Positions 1 to 8,328 of a stretch of DNA of 45,476 nucleotides are shown in pieces. The DNA is from Promethearchaeota archaeon. GTDB lineage: Archaea; Asgardarchaeota; Lokiarchaeia; Sigyniarchaeales; SOKP01. The DNA is taken from positions 1,874 through 47,349 of the forward strand of contig JBHLNZ010000022.1 of the NCBI GenBank assembly GCA_048941015.1, in the 5' to 3' direction. Each line of letters opens with the position of its first letter. Position 1 is the stretch's first letter. The translations under genes were made by a program, and so were the position numbers. Under the pieces are notes generated by a model that saw only the letters and a list, made by a program, of their open reading frames with translations, searched no databases and was not told the DNA's origin.

Positions 1-629
1 CAATTTCTTTTATTAATACCGATTGAAAGCGCTTGAGGTAATTCAATTTCACCCCGATCCGAAGGTTTTAATTTCTTCAGTATTTCAAAAATTTCAGTTG
101 AGAGGATAAATATACCACAATTATTGAGTTTCGACTCTGATTTTCCTTTAGGAGGTTTTTCAATGATTTTTAAGCAATATAAACCATCAGTATAAATTGC
201 AGCGCCTAAATATGGATCAGTTGAATAGTTTGTAACCAATATAAAGTCTTGTTTCTCCCTTAAAAATAGATTATATGTATCTTTATATACTTTGTAAGGC
301 ACTAAGACATCACCCCAGGTTAAAAAAAAATGTTCTTCATCGATTAAATCTTCGCATAATAGTAAAGCTCCTCCAGTTCCGTTTAAAATCTTTTGTTCAA
401 TATAATTTATTTTGATATTCCAACTTTCACCATCTTTAAAATAGTTTATAATCTGCTCTTTACGATAACCTACAACGATTATAAAGTCAGTAAAACCTGT
501 ATTTCTTAGACCAACTAAGATATACTCTAATGAAGGTTTTCCATGGAGAGGCAACATAGTTTTTTGATAAACTTTCGTATAAGGACGTAAACGCTTACCC
601 AAGCCCGCACATAAAATAATTGCTTTCAA
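1..629 (-). CDS. Sugar-phosphate nucleotidyltransferase (GlmU/RmlA-like), truncated at window start
   Basis: Manual translation from TTG at 629 (overlaps the upstream stop): MKAIILCAGLGKRLRPYT...KTMLPLHGKP...GTGGA...WGD...IIEKP...RGEIEL. Not in the ORF track. Confidence 0.9.
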   Translation of the reverse strand, partial: MKAIILCAGLGKRLRPYTKVYQKTMLPLHGKPSLEYILVGLRNTGFTDFIIVVGYRKEQIINYFKDGESWNIKINYIEQKILNGTGGALLLCEDLIDEEHFFLTWGDVLVPYKVYKDTYNLFLREKQDFILVTNYSTDPYLGAAIYTDGLYCLKIIEKPPKGKSESKLNNCGIFILSTEIFEILKKLKPSDRGEIELPQALSIGINKRN

Positions 630-1729
630 TATGTTTTCACTCCAGTACTTGTGTTAATAGGATATGATTCTCCGCCGTTAGCCTTTATAATGTTTTTAAT
701 TAATTCCTCATTACCAAGTGAGAGAGCAAATAATGTTCCGCCAAATCCAGAACCATTAATCTTACACCCTAAAGCTCCAGATTCTAAACATTTTGAAATA
801 ATTTTATCAATCTTACTTGTAGAAATTTGGATATTTTCTCTTAATTGATAATGATGTAGATTTAATAGATTACCTAAGTCTTGATAAAACTTTGTTATTA
901 ACTTTGGATTTTTTTTATTATTTAAGGCATTTAAGTTTGCCTCAATTAAATTTTTTGCTTTAATTGTTATGTCACGATTTATTATATTTCCTATTATTTT
1001 TTTTTGTGATTCTAACTTAAGTTGAGGTAAAAAAGATTTTAAATCTTCGAGCGAACTCTTAAAAGGGTTAAATCTTGGCATGATTTCCTTAATTTCCCTA
1101 AAGGCTTGTATTGAATTTGTTTTTACTCTAACTAAATCATCAACAGTCTTCTTCCTTTCTAAAGAATTTCCTAAAATAAAACCCTCTAAATTTAAATTAT
1201 AAGTAATTAATTTTGGCTCGGGTAAATTTGGCTTTAAATGAATTAAATTCCCAAAAGTAGAACAAAAGTGATCCATCATCCCCCCACCTTCCTTGAATTC
1301 TTTTACTTCAGTATTAAAGCCTTCAATAGCTAATTCAAATAAAGATAATTTATTCCCAGTAATAATATTCAAGAAAAAAAGCCATGCAATGACTAAAGCA
1401 GAAGAACTAGCAACACCAGAATTTATAGGAATATCGCCTGTAATCTCAACCTTATATCCGTTTTTAAAAAGATTTCCTTTTCTTAAAAAGTGATTATAGC
1501 CACTTCTTATATAATCTCTTTTTGACTTGTACTCCACTTCTTTTCTATTTAATGGAATTTCTAAAGTTTCATTGATATCTGGAAGGGAAATGATAAATTT
1601 TGGTTGTATAATTTTTTCTGCTTTGAGATAAATATATTTAGATATAGACATAGCAATGACAGGATAGCCTAAATAGTCTTGATGTTCTCCAAATAAACAA
1701 ATTCTCCCAGGAGCTCTAATTTGTATCAT
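626..1729 (-). CDS. GHMP-family sugar kinase (galactokinase-like)
   Basis: APGRICLFGEHQDY, PINSGVASSSA and GCKINGSGFGG motifs; coupled to the nucleotidyltransferase. Confidence 0.88.
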   Translation of the reverse strand: MIQIRAPGRICLFGEHQDYLGYPVIAMSISKYIYLKAEKIIQPKFIISLPDINETLEIPLNRKEVEYKSKRDYIRSGYNHFLRKGNLFKNGYKVEITGDIPINSGVASSSALVIAWLFFLNIITGNKLSLFELAIEGFNTEVKEFKEGGGMMDHFCSTFGNLIHLKPNLPEPKLITYNLNLEGFILGNSLERKKTVDDLVRVKTNSIQAFREIKEIMPRFNPFKSSLEDLKSFLPQLKLESQKKIIGNIINRDITIKAKNLIEANLNALNNKKNPKLITKFYQDLGNLLNLHHYQLRENIQISTSKIDKIISKCLESGALGCKINGSGFGGTLFALSLGNEELIKNIIKANGGESYPINTSTGVKTY

Positions 1730-1914
1730 TTTGAATTATAAATTTTTATCAATAAAAATAATTCTTTAAAGAATGGTGTAATACTTCGATATTACATTTT
1801 TTTTTCTTTTTGTGAACTTAGATTTTATTGTTATATTTATTAAGGATTTTTCTTTAAGTTTTTAAATTTATCTAGATAAGTTAAGTGACAATATCAGTAA
1901 GAGAAATATAAGCG

Positions 1915-2664
1915 ATGATACATGATTTCTTGATAATAAAAGATGGTCTTCCTTTATTCGTTAAACATTATTTTACTTCAGATAATGCTTTTACTCAAGG
2001 AGATAATTTAATAATGGTTTCTGGTTTTTTTTCTGCATTAAATTCTTTTTCTGATTCATTTGATGATTTAGGAACAATAAGTGAGTTAAAGTTATCTAAT
2101 AATGAGCTTAAGCTTTCCTTTTTAAAGGATAGAAGTATCCCAAATCTGATATACCTTGCTACTTATGATGAAAATTCTAACGCTGTGAATGTTCAAAGAA
2201 CATTGAGGAAAATATCACGATCTTTTTTAATGAAATTTAACATTAATGAGATTTTAAATTGGAACGGAAGAAGAAATACATTTAATTCTTTTGAAAGCAT
2301 TCTAAATCAATATGTTGAAGAAGAAAAAGAAGAGAAAGAAAGCGAGTTTAAAGATCGCGTCGTAAAGTTAATAAAGACTGTAGAAGACAAATTAAATGAA
2401 GAATCAACATTATTGGCTTTAAAAAGTGAAGTGAAGAAGCCTGATAACTTACCAGAGTATTGTTATCAGATTCCAAGATTCACAAGTTCTATGAAAATAA
2501 ACCCAAAAAATTATCTTACAGGTGAAAGTTCATTTAAAGTGTTTTATCAAATCAATGGGAAAAAATCGATTAGTGATATCACTGAAAATTTGAATTTGGA
2601 ACATATACAAGTATATAATATTTGTAAGAATCTTATAAAATTAGGATTTATTAAGTTATTTTAA
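1915..2664 (+). CDS. Longin-like N-terminal domain plus C-terminal winged-helix protein
   Basis: LIIKDGLPLF...MVSGFFSALNSF longin-like pattern; C-terminal INGKKSISDITENLNLEHIQVYNICKNLIKLGFIK wHTH pattern. Confidence 0.65.
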   Translation: MIHDFLIIKDGLPLFVKHYFTSDNAFTQGDNLIMVSGFFSALNSFSDSFDDLGTISELKLSNNELKLSFLKDRSIPNLIYLATYDENSNAVNVQRTLRKISRSFLMKFNINEILNWNGRRNTFNSFESILNQYVEEEKEEKESEFKDRVVKLIKTVEDKLNEESTLLALKSEVKKPDNLPEYCYQIPRFTSSMKINPKNYLTGESSFKVFYQINGKKSISDITENLNLEHIQVYNICKNLIKLGFIKLF

Positions 2665-2666
2665 CT

Positions 2667-2972
2667 CTATTTATGCTTTCTTTTTTGATGCCTTTTTTTT
2701 CTCTTATGTTCTCTTTCTGTAATTTGTTCTTCCAATTGTTTCAAAGCTAATGAGTTTCCACATTGAAGATTAAAAGAACCAAAAATCTTACTTTCTTCTC
2801 TTTCTCCACCCCTACTTATCTTTTCAAAGGATAAGTGTATTTTATTTTTTTGATTTAATGCAAGTTTAACCAATTTCACTAAACCTAATTGTTTAGAAGG
2901 AGCAATTTTAAATTTAATTTTGATTTCTTTACTATTTTGGTTTGTAGTTGTAAGAATTAATTGTAATTTCAA
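2667..2972 (-). CDS. Small basic hypothetical protein, paralog of 2987-3208
   Basis: TTG start with GGTGA Shine-Dalgarno; clear similarity to the adjacent ORF. Confidence 0.75.
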   Translation of the reverse strand: MKLQLILTTTNQNSKEIKIKFKIAPSKQLGLVKLVKLALNQKNKIHLSFEKISRGGEREESKIFGSFNLQCGNSLALKQLEEQITEREHKRKKRHQKRKHK

Positions 2973-2986
2973 TTTATATCACCAAA

Positions 2987-3208
2987 TTAAGGTTTGCTTT
3001 CAAAATTAAATGTACCTGATACATTAATATCTTCTTTTTCTCCGTTTTCATTGATTTTTTCAAATGAAATCTTTACAGAACTTCCTTGCTTTAGGGCAAG
3101 ATTAACAAAATTAATAAAACCAATATGTTTTGAAGGTGCTAAATTAAATTTAATAGAATTTTCTTTATTCTTTTTAGTTTTTGTCTTTAAAATTAAGCGT
3201 AATTTCAA
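2987..3208 (-). CDS. Small basic hypothetical protein, paralog of 2667-2972
   Basis: TTG start after GTGA; shares MKLxLIL, IKFxxAPSK, LAL.Q and SFEKI with its neighbour. Confidence 0.75.
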   Translation of the reverse strand: MKLRLILKTKTKKNKENSIKFNLAPSKHIGFINFVNLALKQGSSVKISFEKINENGEKEDINVSGTFNFESKP

Positions 3209-3333
3209 TTAAATTCACTATTGTTGTATTTATATTTAGAAGTTAATAAGATTCTAAAACTATAAAATTAAAAATTATATTATTGATATAATTTAATATT
3301 ATATAAAAATAAAAAGAATTTCAAGTTTTTATT

Positions 3334-4137
3334 ATGTCCTCTAATCTTTTTCCATATAAATTCGGAAAAGGGCAATGGTATAAAGCAGATAATATTAATG
3401 AAGATGATTTAGCGGTTATTGTTGATCCTAATAGATATAATATTTGGTTTTTTGAAGGTTCTAAAAGTGCAGCAAGAGATCGAAGTAATGCTCGTGAATT
3501 ATTAGGAGAGTTACAGAATAATTATCCGCAATACGAATTCAAAGAGATTACAGATTCTGCACCTTTTGAAGTTTTAGAAGAAGTTGAGAAACTTAAAGAG
3601 ATGAGCTATATTAAAGGATTCCTGGGTATTAGATACAATTTGAAGAATTTTTCAAAATTATATTTTTATTTGAATTATGGTGGTGCTTTTCTGCTTATAG
3701 TTAATATGATTCTTCTTACAGAATTTATATTGGCATCAAGTACAATCATATATAATTCATATCAACACTTTTCAATTGTCTATAATACTTTCCTTTTTAA
3801 TATCAATTTGATTTCAATTCTAATTTTATGCTCATTTCTAGTTTTCTTAATCTCTTCATTATTGGCATTGTTTTTAAAGAAATTTAAATCATTTATGTAT
3901 AGTTTCGCTGCGTCTATATTCTCTTTTATGGGATTCTTTATCCTTAGAATATGGGATATCATCATTTATTATGAACAGAATAACTCAATTATATTTATCC
4001 GAAAAGATGTTTTGATCTTACTAATATTTGATATACAATTACTCCTAGTAATTAGCATGGTGCTAGGTTTTCTTACAGGATTAATTGGAATAAAATTAGA
4101 TAAGGAGATTAAATATTTGCAGGAGTTAAAAGAGTAA
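3334..4137 (+). CDS. Membrane protein with N-terminal gelsolin-like domain
   Basis: DDLAVIVDPNRYNIWFFEGSKS resembles the gelsolin repeat core; about four hydrophobic segments follow. Confidence 0.55.
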   Translation: MSSNLFPYKFGKGQWYKADNINEDDLAVIVDPNRYNIWFFEGSKSAARDRSNARELLGELQNNYPQYEFKEITDSAPFEVLEEVEKLKEMSYIKGFLGIRYNLKNFSKLYFYLNYGGAFLLIVNMILLTEFILASSTIIYNSYQHFSIVYNTFLFNINLISILILCSFLVFLISSLLALFLKKFKSFMYSFAASIFSFMGFFILRIWDIIIYYEQNNSIIFIRKDVLILLIFDIQLLLVISMVLGFLTGLIGIKLDKEIKYLQELKE

Positions 4138-4145
4138 TAACTAGT

Positions 4146-4766
4146 ATGCCCTCACGATTGCGTTTAAGAAAATTGTTTCGGCCTCTTATTACATTTTTAG
4201 CTAAAACCTTAAATAAAATTGGAATTACACCAAATCTAGCTACATTAATTGTGATTTTGTGTTCAATGGCAGGAACTTTTTTTCTCATTTTATTTTCAAA
4301 TCTTCTTATCTTTTCAATTTTTATTTTTTTAACTGGAATTTTTGATGGAATCGATGGAGCAATAGCAAGATTGACTAAAAAAGCTACATCTCTCGGTGGC
4401 TTCTTAGATTCAATTTTGGACAGAGTAAGTGAATTTATTATATTCTTTGGACTGTTAATCTATTGCTGGGATAAAACAATTTTTTTTTTAGTGGATATGA
4501 AAATAATTATTTTTTTTTCTTTTTTCGCATCGGTTATGATAAGTTATTTAAGAGCAAGAGCAGAAGTTTTTTATAAAGGTGATTTTGATATCGGATTAAT
4601 GGCGCGATCAGAAAGGTTATTCTATTTATTTATAACTTGCTTAATTTCTCATTTCTGGGGATTTCTAAACGAATTTTTGTTTATATTTATGATTTTAGTA
4701 ATTATTACTGTCTTTATTCGTTATTTAAAGATAAATAGAATGATTAAAAAATTTGAGAATAATTAG
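4146..4766 (+). CDS. CDP-alcohol phosphatidyltransferase (archaetidylinositol-phosphate synthase-like)
   Basis: ITPN plus DGIDGAIAR...GGFLDSILDR signature. Confidence 0.92.
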   Translation: MPSRLRLRKLFRPLITFLAKTLNKIGITPNLATLIVILCSMAGTFFLILFSNLLIFSIFIFLTGIFDGIDGAIARLTKKATSLGGFLDSILDRVSEFIIFFGLLIYCWDKTIFFLVDMKIIIFFSFFASVMISYLRARAEVFYKGDFDIGLMARSERLFYLFITCLISHFWGFLNEFLFIFMILVIITVFIRYLKINRMIKKFENN

Positions 4767-4802
4767 TTAAAGGTTTTAAAAAGAGAATTTTTTGGTTTTT
4801 AT

Positions 4803-5513
4803 TTATTTCCTATTCTTAATTAATTCTATAATTAATCTATCCCCATCCTTGAGCTTATAAAATTCTCTCAAATATGGCTTAGCTAAGATTTCAATGATAT
4901 TTTTTTTATGGTGAGTTCTTTTTATATCTAAAATTGCAGCTTTGCGGCGATTATTTTTATCATCCATTCTAGATATATACACATCATAGCATTTAACAGG
5001 ACCATATTCTCTATTTTGGTCTTTAAATCCTTCGATAATTACAGGTGTAATATTATTTAATTGTTCTCTTAAAATATTGTTATCAGTATCGCTTAATTTT
5101 AAATTTAAAGTACCCTTGAACGGCTCAAATCCTAATTTATCCTTGAATTGATCATAATAACCTTTAATAGAAACATAATAACTACCTTCATGCATTCCTT
5201 CTACAACTTCACCTATGATTAATATTGATTCTAACAATTCTTTTAACTTCTTATACACACTTAACATAATATTCGCTCCTTCTTTCGTAATCGAGATCAT
5301 CTGTGTTTTTCCTATACTCTCACGCTTTATCCATCCTAAATTTTCTAGATTTTTTATTCTTCTACTTCCTGTTTGTTGACTAAGCCCTAAAAGTTCACCA
5401 AATTCGACTGTACTTATATTAAGTTTTTTTCTAGTACTTGCCAATTGACAAAGACGATAAAGAGCAAACCAATTAGCATAATTTTCGGGAGTTATTTCTT
5501 TTTCATTAATCAT
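4803..5513 (-). CDS. ribK: CTP-dependent riboflavin kinase with N-terminal HTH (RbkR-type regulator/kinase)
   Basis: HTH LGLSQQTGSRRIKNLE; GEVVEGMHEGSYY, PFKGTLN, RTHH and LKDGD motifs. Confidence 0.92.
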   Translation of the reverse strand: MINEKEITPENYANWFALYRLCQLASTRKKLNISTVEFGELLGLSQQTGSRRIKNLENLGWIKRESIGKTQMISITKEGANIMLSVYKKLKELLESILIIGEVVEGMHEGSYYVSIKGYYDQFKDKLGFEPFKGTLNLKLSDTDNNILREQLNNITPVIIEGFKDQNREYGPVKCYDVYISRMDDKNNRRKAAILDIKRTHHKKNIIEILAKPYLREFYKLKDGDRLIIELIKNRK

Positions 5514-5965
5514 CCTTTACTTTTTCCTTTTTCTTGATGTCGTTTAATGATTTCATCTTTTATTAATCTAGATGAATGAAGATTATATTTGTTATAATAT
5601 ACCTCTAATCTTCTTACTTCAATATTATCTAAACCTTTTCTCTGCAATCCATTTTTTAATGTGTGAATATCATATTTCTGATCTGGTCCTAAAAGAATAA
5701 TATCAGGTCTAATTTCTTCTACTGTTTTTAATGTATCGTTATCACTTCTCCCTAATCTTGCATCCTTTACATTTTTTATGCTTTTAATCACTTCTAATCT
5801 TTGTTGTTCTGGAATTATTGGACGTTCGCCAGAATATTTTTCACGATTATTGTCTGTAGCCACTATAACATAAACATCTCCAATTTTAGCAGCTTCGTTT
5901 ATCAAAAATATATGACCAGGATGTACAAGATCAAAAGTTCCTGCAATTAAGACCTTCTTAACTAT
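5510..5965 (-). CDS. ribL: Archaeal FAD synthase; extended 5' of the track ORF to a probable ATA start
   Basis: In-frame upstream sequence encodes VKKVLIAGTFDLVHPGH (HxGH motif); also PDIILLGPDQ; adjacent to riboflavin kinase. Confidence 0.88.
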   Translation of the reverse strand: MVKKVLIAGTFDLVHPGHIFLINEAAKIGDVYVIVATDNNREKYSGERPIIPEQQRLEVIKSIKNVKDARLGRSDNDTLKTVEEIRPDIILLGPDQKYDIHTLKNGLQRKGLDNIEVRRLEVYYNKYNLHSSRLIKDEIIKRHQEKGKSKG

Positions 5966-5988
5966 ATTAATTCAACTCTACTTTTATT

Positions 5989-7548
5989 TTAATTTTTAAC
6001 ATTAAATGTAAGTCCAATAAAAACTGGTCCTCGAATATCGATTTTTTTTTGTTTAGAATGAATAAATTCTAATACGATATCGTCAAGTTCCAAATTTACT
6101 TCAGAGGCACGATAACACATTTTAACCCTATGATCATAATTAAAGATACCTTGTTCAAGAAGGATTTCTATATTATAAGCCATTTCAGAAGCAATGCCTT
6201 CTAAATAAGACTTATTAGCTGAAATAGCATTTTCTGGGACAGTATCTTTTGGAAATCCAAATACATTTCCATCTTTAATCCAAACTTCATTTAAAGCCGC
6301 AGGACCAAGCAACTTTACATTATCATCTTTCTCCCAAATCTTTACTTCAATATTGTAATCTTTGATAACTCCTTCCCAGACTTCAATTTCTATTGGGGAA
6401 TCTAAATCTTTATTTTCAATAGCAGTTTTTATAATTGCATTTTTAATTTCTATTCCTTTCTCTGTAAATGGTAAATTTTTGTATCGAATTGATTTTGAAA
6501 TTTCTTCATCTGAAAATGAGATATCCTCATAGTAATAAGGATAGATTAATTTACGAATGTCATCAACATGAGATTTAATCATACAAATCCTTTCAACTCC
6601 GAAACCGATATTGAACACGGGAAAAGGAATATTATATTTTGCAAGACTTACAGGACTATAGAATCCTCCATCACCTATTTCAATCCATTCATCAGTAATC
6701 GGATGCTGAACAAAAATTTCAAACTCTGTTTGAGGAGCATAGTATTTTGAAGTAGCTTTTTTAATTTCTACTCTATTAGAAGGAAATCCTAACTCATCAC
6801 ATATAATGGAGGAAATTTTGCGACAATCCTCCAAAGAAATCTCTTCAGCCATAACAACTATAGAAAGTGTATTAGATACAAATAAGTGAGTAGAATCTAT
6901 TTTTTGTTCCCGTCTGAATTTTTGCCCTATTGTAAAATACTGTAGCGGTAATTGCTTTTTTCTCATTAGAACTTCTAATACTTTAAACCATAAAGCGGTT
7001 GTATGACTTCTAAGGGTCATTTTCGTAGGAATCGGCTTTAATTGCTTTAACTCTGGAAAAATGTTATCAATAATTAATGATGCTTCACTTTCATTAATAT
7101 TAAGTTTATTTAAAAAAGTTTCAATTAGATCATCTGCCTCAATATCCCCTTTTTTATAATCTCTGAAAATTTGCTTTAAAGCATCAATTCTATTAAATTC
7201 GGGTACTATTTCACGAATCCTTTCTAACTTCTCTTTAGAAACTCCAATATCGGGACGAGGAAGTCCCGCTAAATAAAATAGTCTGTCAAGGATTAAAACA
7301 GCTTCAGGACCATATTGTTTATATACGTCTTGCTCATCTACAAACATGGGTAGAATTAATTCTTCAAATCCTAAAGAGATCATTTTGTTTCTCGCTTCAA
7401 ATATGAAATCATTGACAATATGAGAAGAACCTTTCCTTTTTAAACTGAAATAAGCTCCTTTAAGCTTTAGAAGATTAGCTGTTTCTAGCCAAGTCTTTTC
7501 ATAATTAATGCTACTTTCATTATTTATTTTTTTAATATCAAATGGCAT
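5989..7548 (-). CDS. sepS: O-phosphoserine--tRNA(Cys) ligase (SepRS)
   Basis: DVYKQYGPEAVLILDRLFYLAGLPRPDIG, TLRSHTT, FRREQ, SKYYAP, LLGPAALNEV and IDIRGPVF are SepRS-typical. Confidence 0.93.
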   Translation of the reverse strand: MPFDIKKINNESSINYEKTWLETANLLKLKGAYFSLKRKGSSHIVNDFIFEARNKMISLGFEELILPMFVDEQDVYKQYGPEAVLILDRLFYLAGLPRPDIGVSKEKLERIREIVPEFNRIDALKQIFRDYKKGDIEADDLIETFLNKLNINESEASLIIDNIFPELKQLKPIPTKMTLRSHTTALWFKVLEVLMRKKQLPLQYFTIGQKFRREQKIDSTHLFVSNTLSIVVMAEEISLEDCRKISSIICDELGFPSNRVEIKKATSKYYAPQTEFEIFVQHPITDEWIEIGDGGFYSPVSLAKYNIPFPVFNIGFGVERICMIKSHVDDIRKLIYPYYYEDISFSDEEISKSIRYKNLPFTEKGIEIKNAIIKTAIENKDLDSPIEIEVWEGVIKDYNIEVKIWEKDDNVKLLGPAALNEVWIKDGNVFGFPKDTVPENAISANKSYLEGIASEMAYNIEILLEQGIFNYDHRVKMCYRASEVNLELDDIVLEFIHSKQKKIDIRGPVFIGLTFNVKN

Positions 7549-7581
7549 AGTGCATCGTTTTATGAATTTCGATAAAAATTT

Positions 7582-8202
7582 TTATTTAGAGTTAATGTTA
7601 TTTTTAATACACTTCTTTAGGTCATTCATTTGGAGTGAAATTGAGATATCTCCTCTCGTCTTTTCTATTATATTTCTTACTTGATCGACTTTATGTCTTA
7701 AATCTTGAGTTAAACCAGAAGGGTAATCAAATGAGAATAACTCAGAATAAATCTCATCCATATTTTCTAATGTAGCATTTAAATCTTCGATTTGAGAGTT
7801 CCTTATATTATCTAATGCATATCTTCGCAATTCTCCTACAACATCTGCAAATCCTAACACATAATTTAAAGGATGAATATTTAAATCACTAGCTTTAGGA
7901 AGATCTTTTTTTGCTATAATTGAATGAAATAATACTGCTTCCGCATATTCTTGCTCAGGAGTTTTTAAATACTTGAAAAAAATGCCAGGATTTTTATCAA
8001 TTAAATTTAATAATCTCTCATGATTGACCTTTATCATCTCTATTTTTTCTTGATAAAAACTAAATTCTTTCCTATGTACATTTTTAATCGCTATACTACA
8101 ATCTCTGACAATTATTCGAGATATTCGCAAAATTTCTTCTCTGTCATGATCTAGATTATCTAATTCCTTGGTCAATTCAGAGAAAATATTTTTAAGATTC
8201 AT
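7582..8202 (-). CDS. Translin/Trax-family protein
   Basis: REEILRISR, QEYAEA, YVLGFADVVGELRR and LRHKVD motifs. Confidence 0.88.
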   Translation of the reverse strand: MNLKNIFSELTKELDNLDHDREEILRISRIIVRDCSIAIKNVHRKEFSFYQEKIEMIKVNHERLLNLIDKNPGIFFKYLKTPEQEYAEAVLFHSIIAKKDLPKASDLNIHPLNYVLGFADVVGELRRYALDNIRNSQIEDLNATLENMDEIYSELFSFDYPSGLTQDLRHKVDQVRNIIEKTRGDISISLQMNDLKKCIKNNINSK

Positions 8203-8328
8203 CGTAATAGATAAATATTTTAGTAATAATTAATTTGAATTTTAAATATATTTAATTATCAAAAGCAAGAAAAATATTTAGGATTTTTTGTTAAAAATTG
8301 AATAGAAAATTATGATTATGGGATAATC

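Noticed and set aside
5989-7548. Phenylalanyl-tRNA synthetase alpha call
   Set aside because: The class II motifs are shared, but the GPEA..LDR.FYLAGLPRPD and C-terminal motifs are SepRS-specific.
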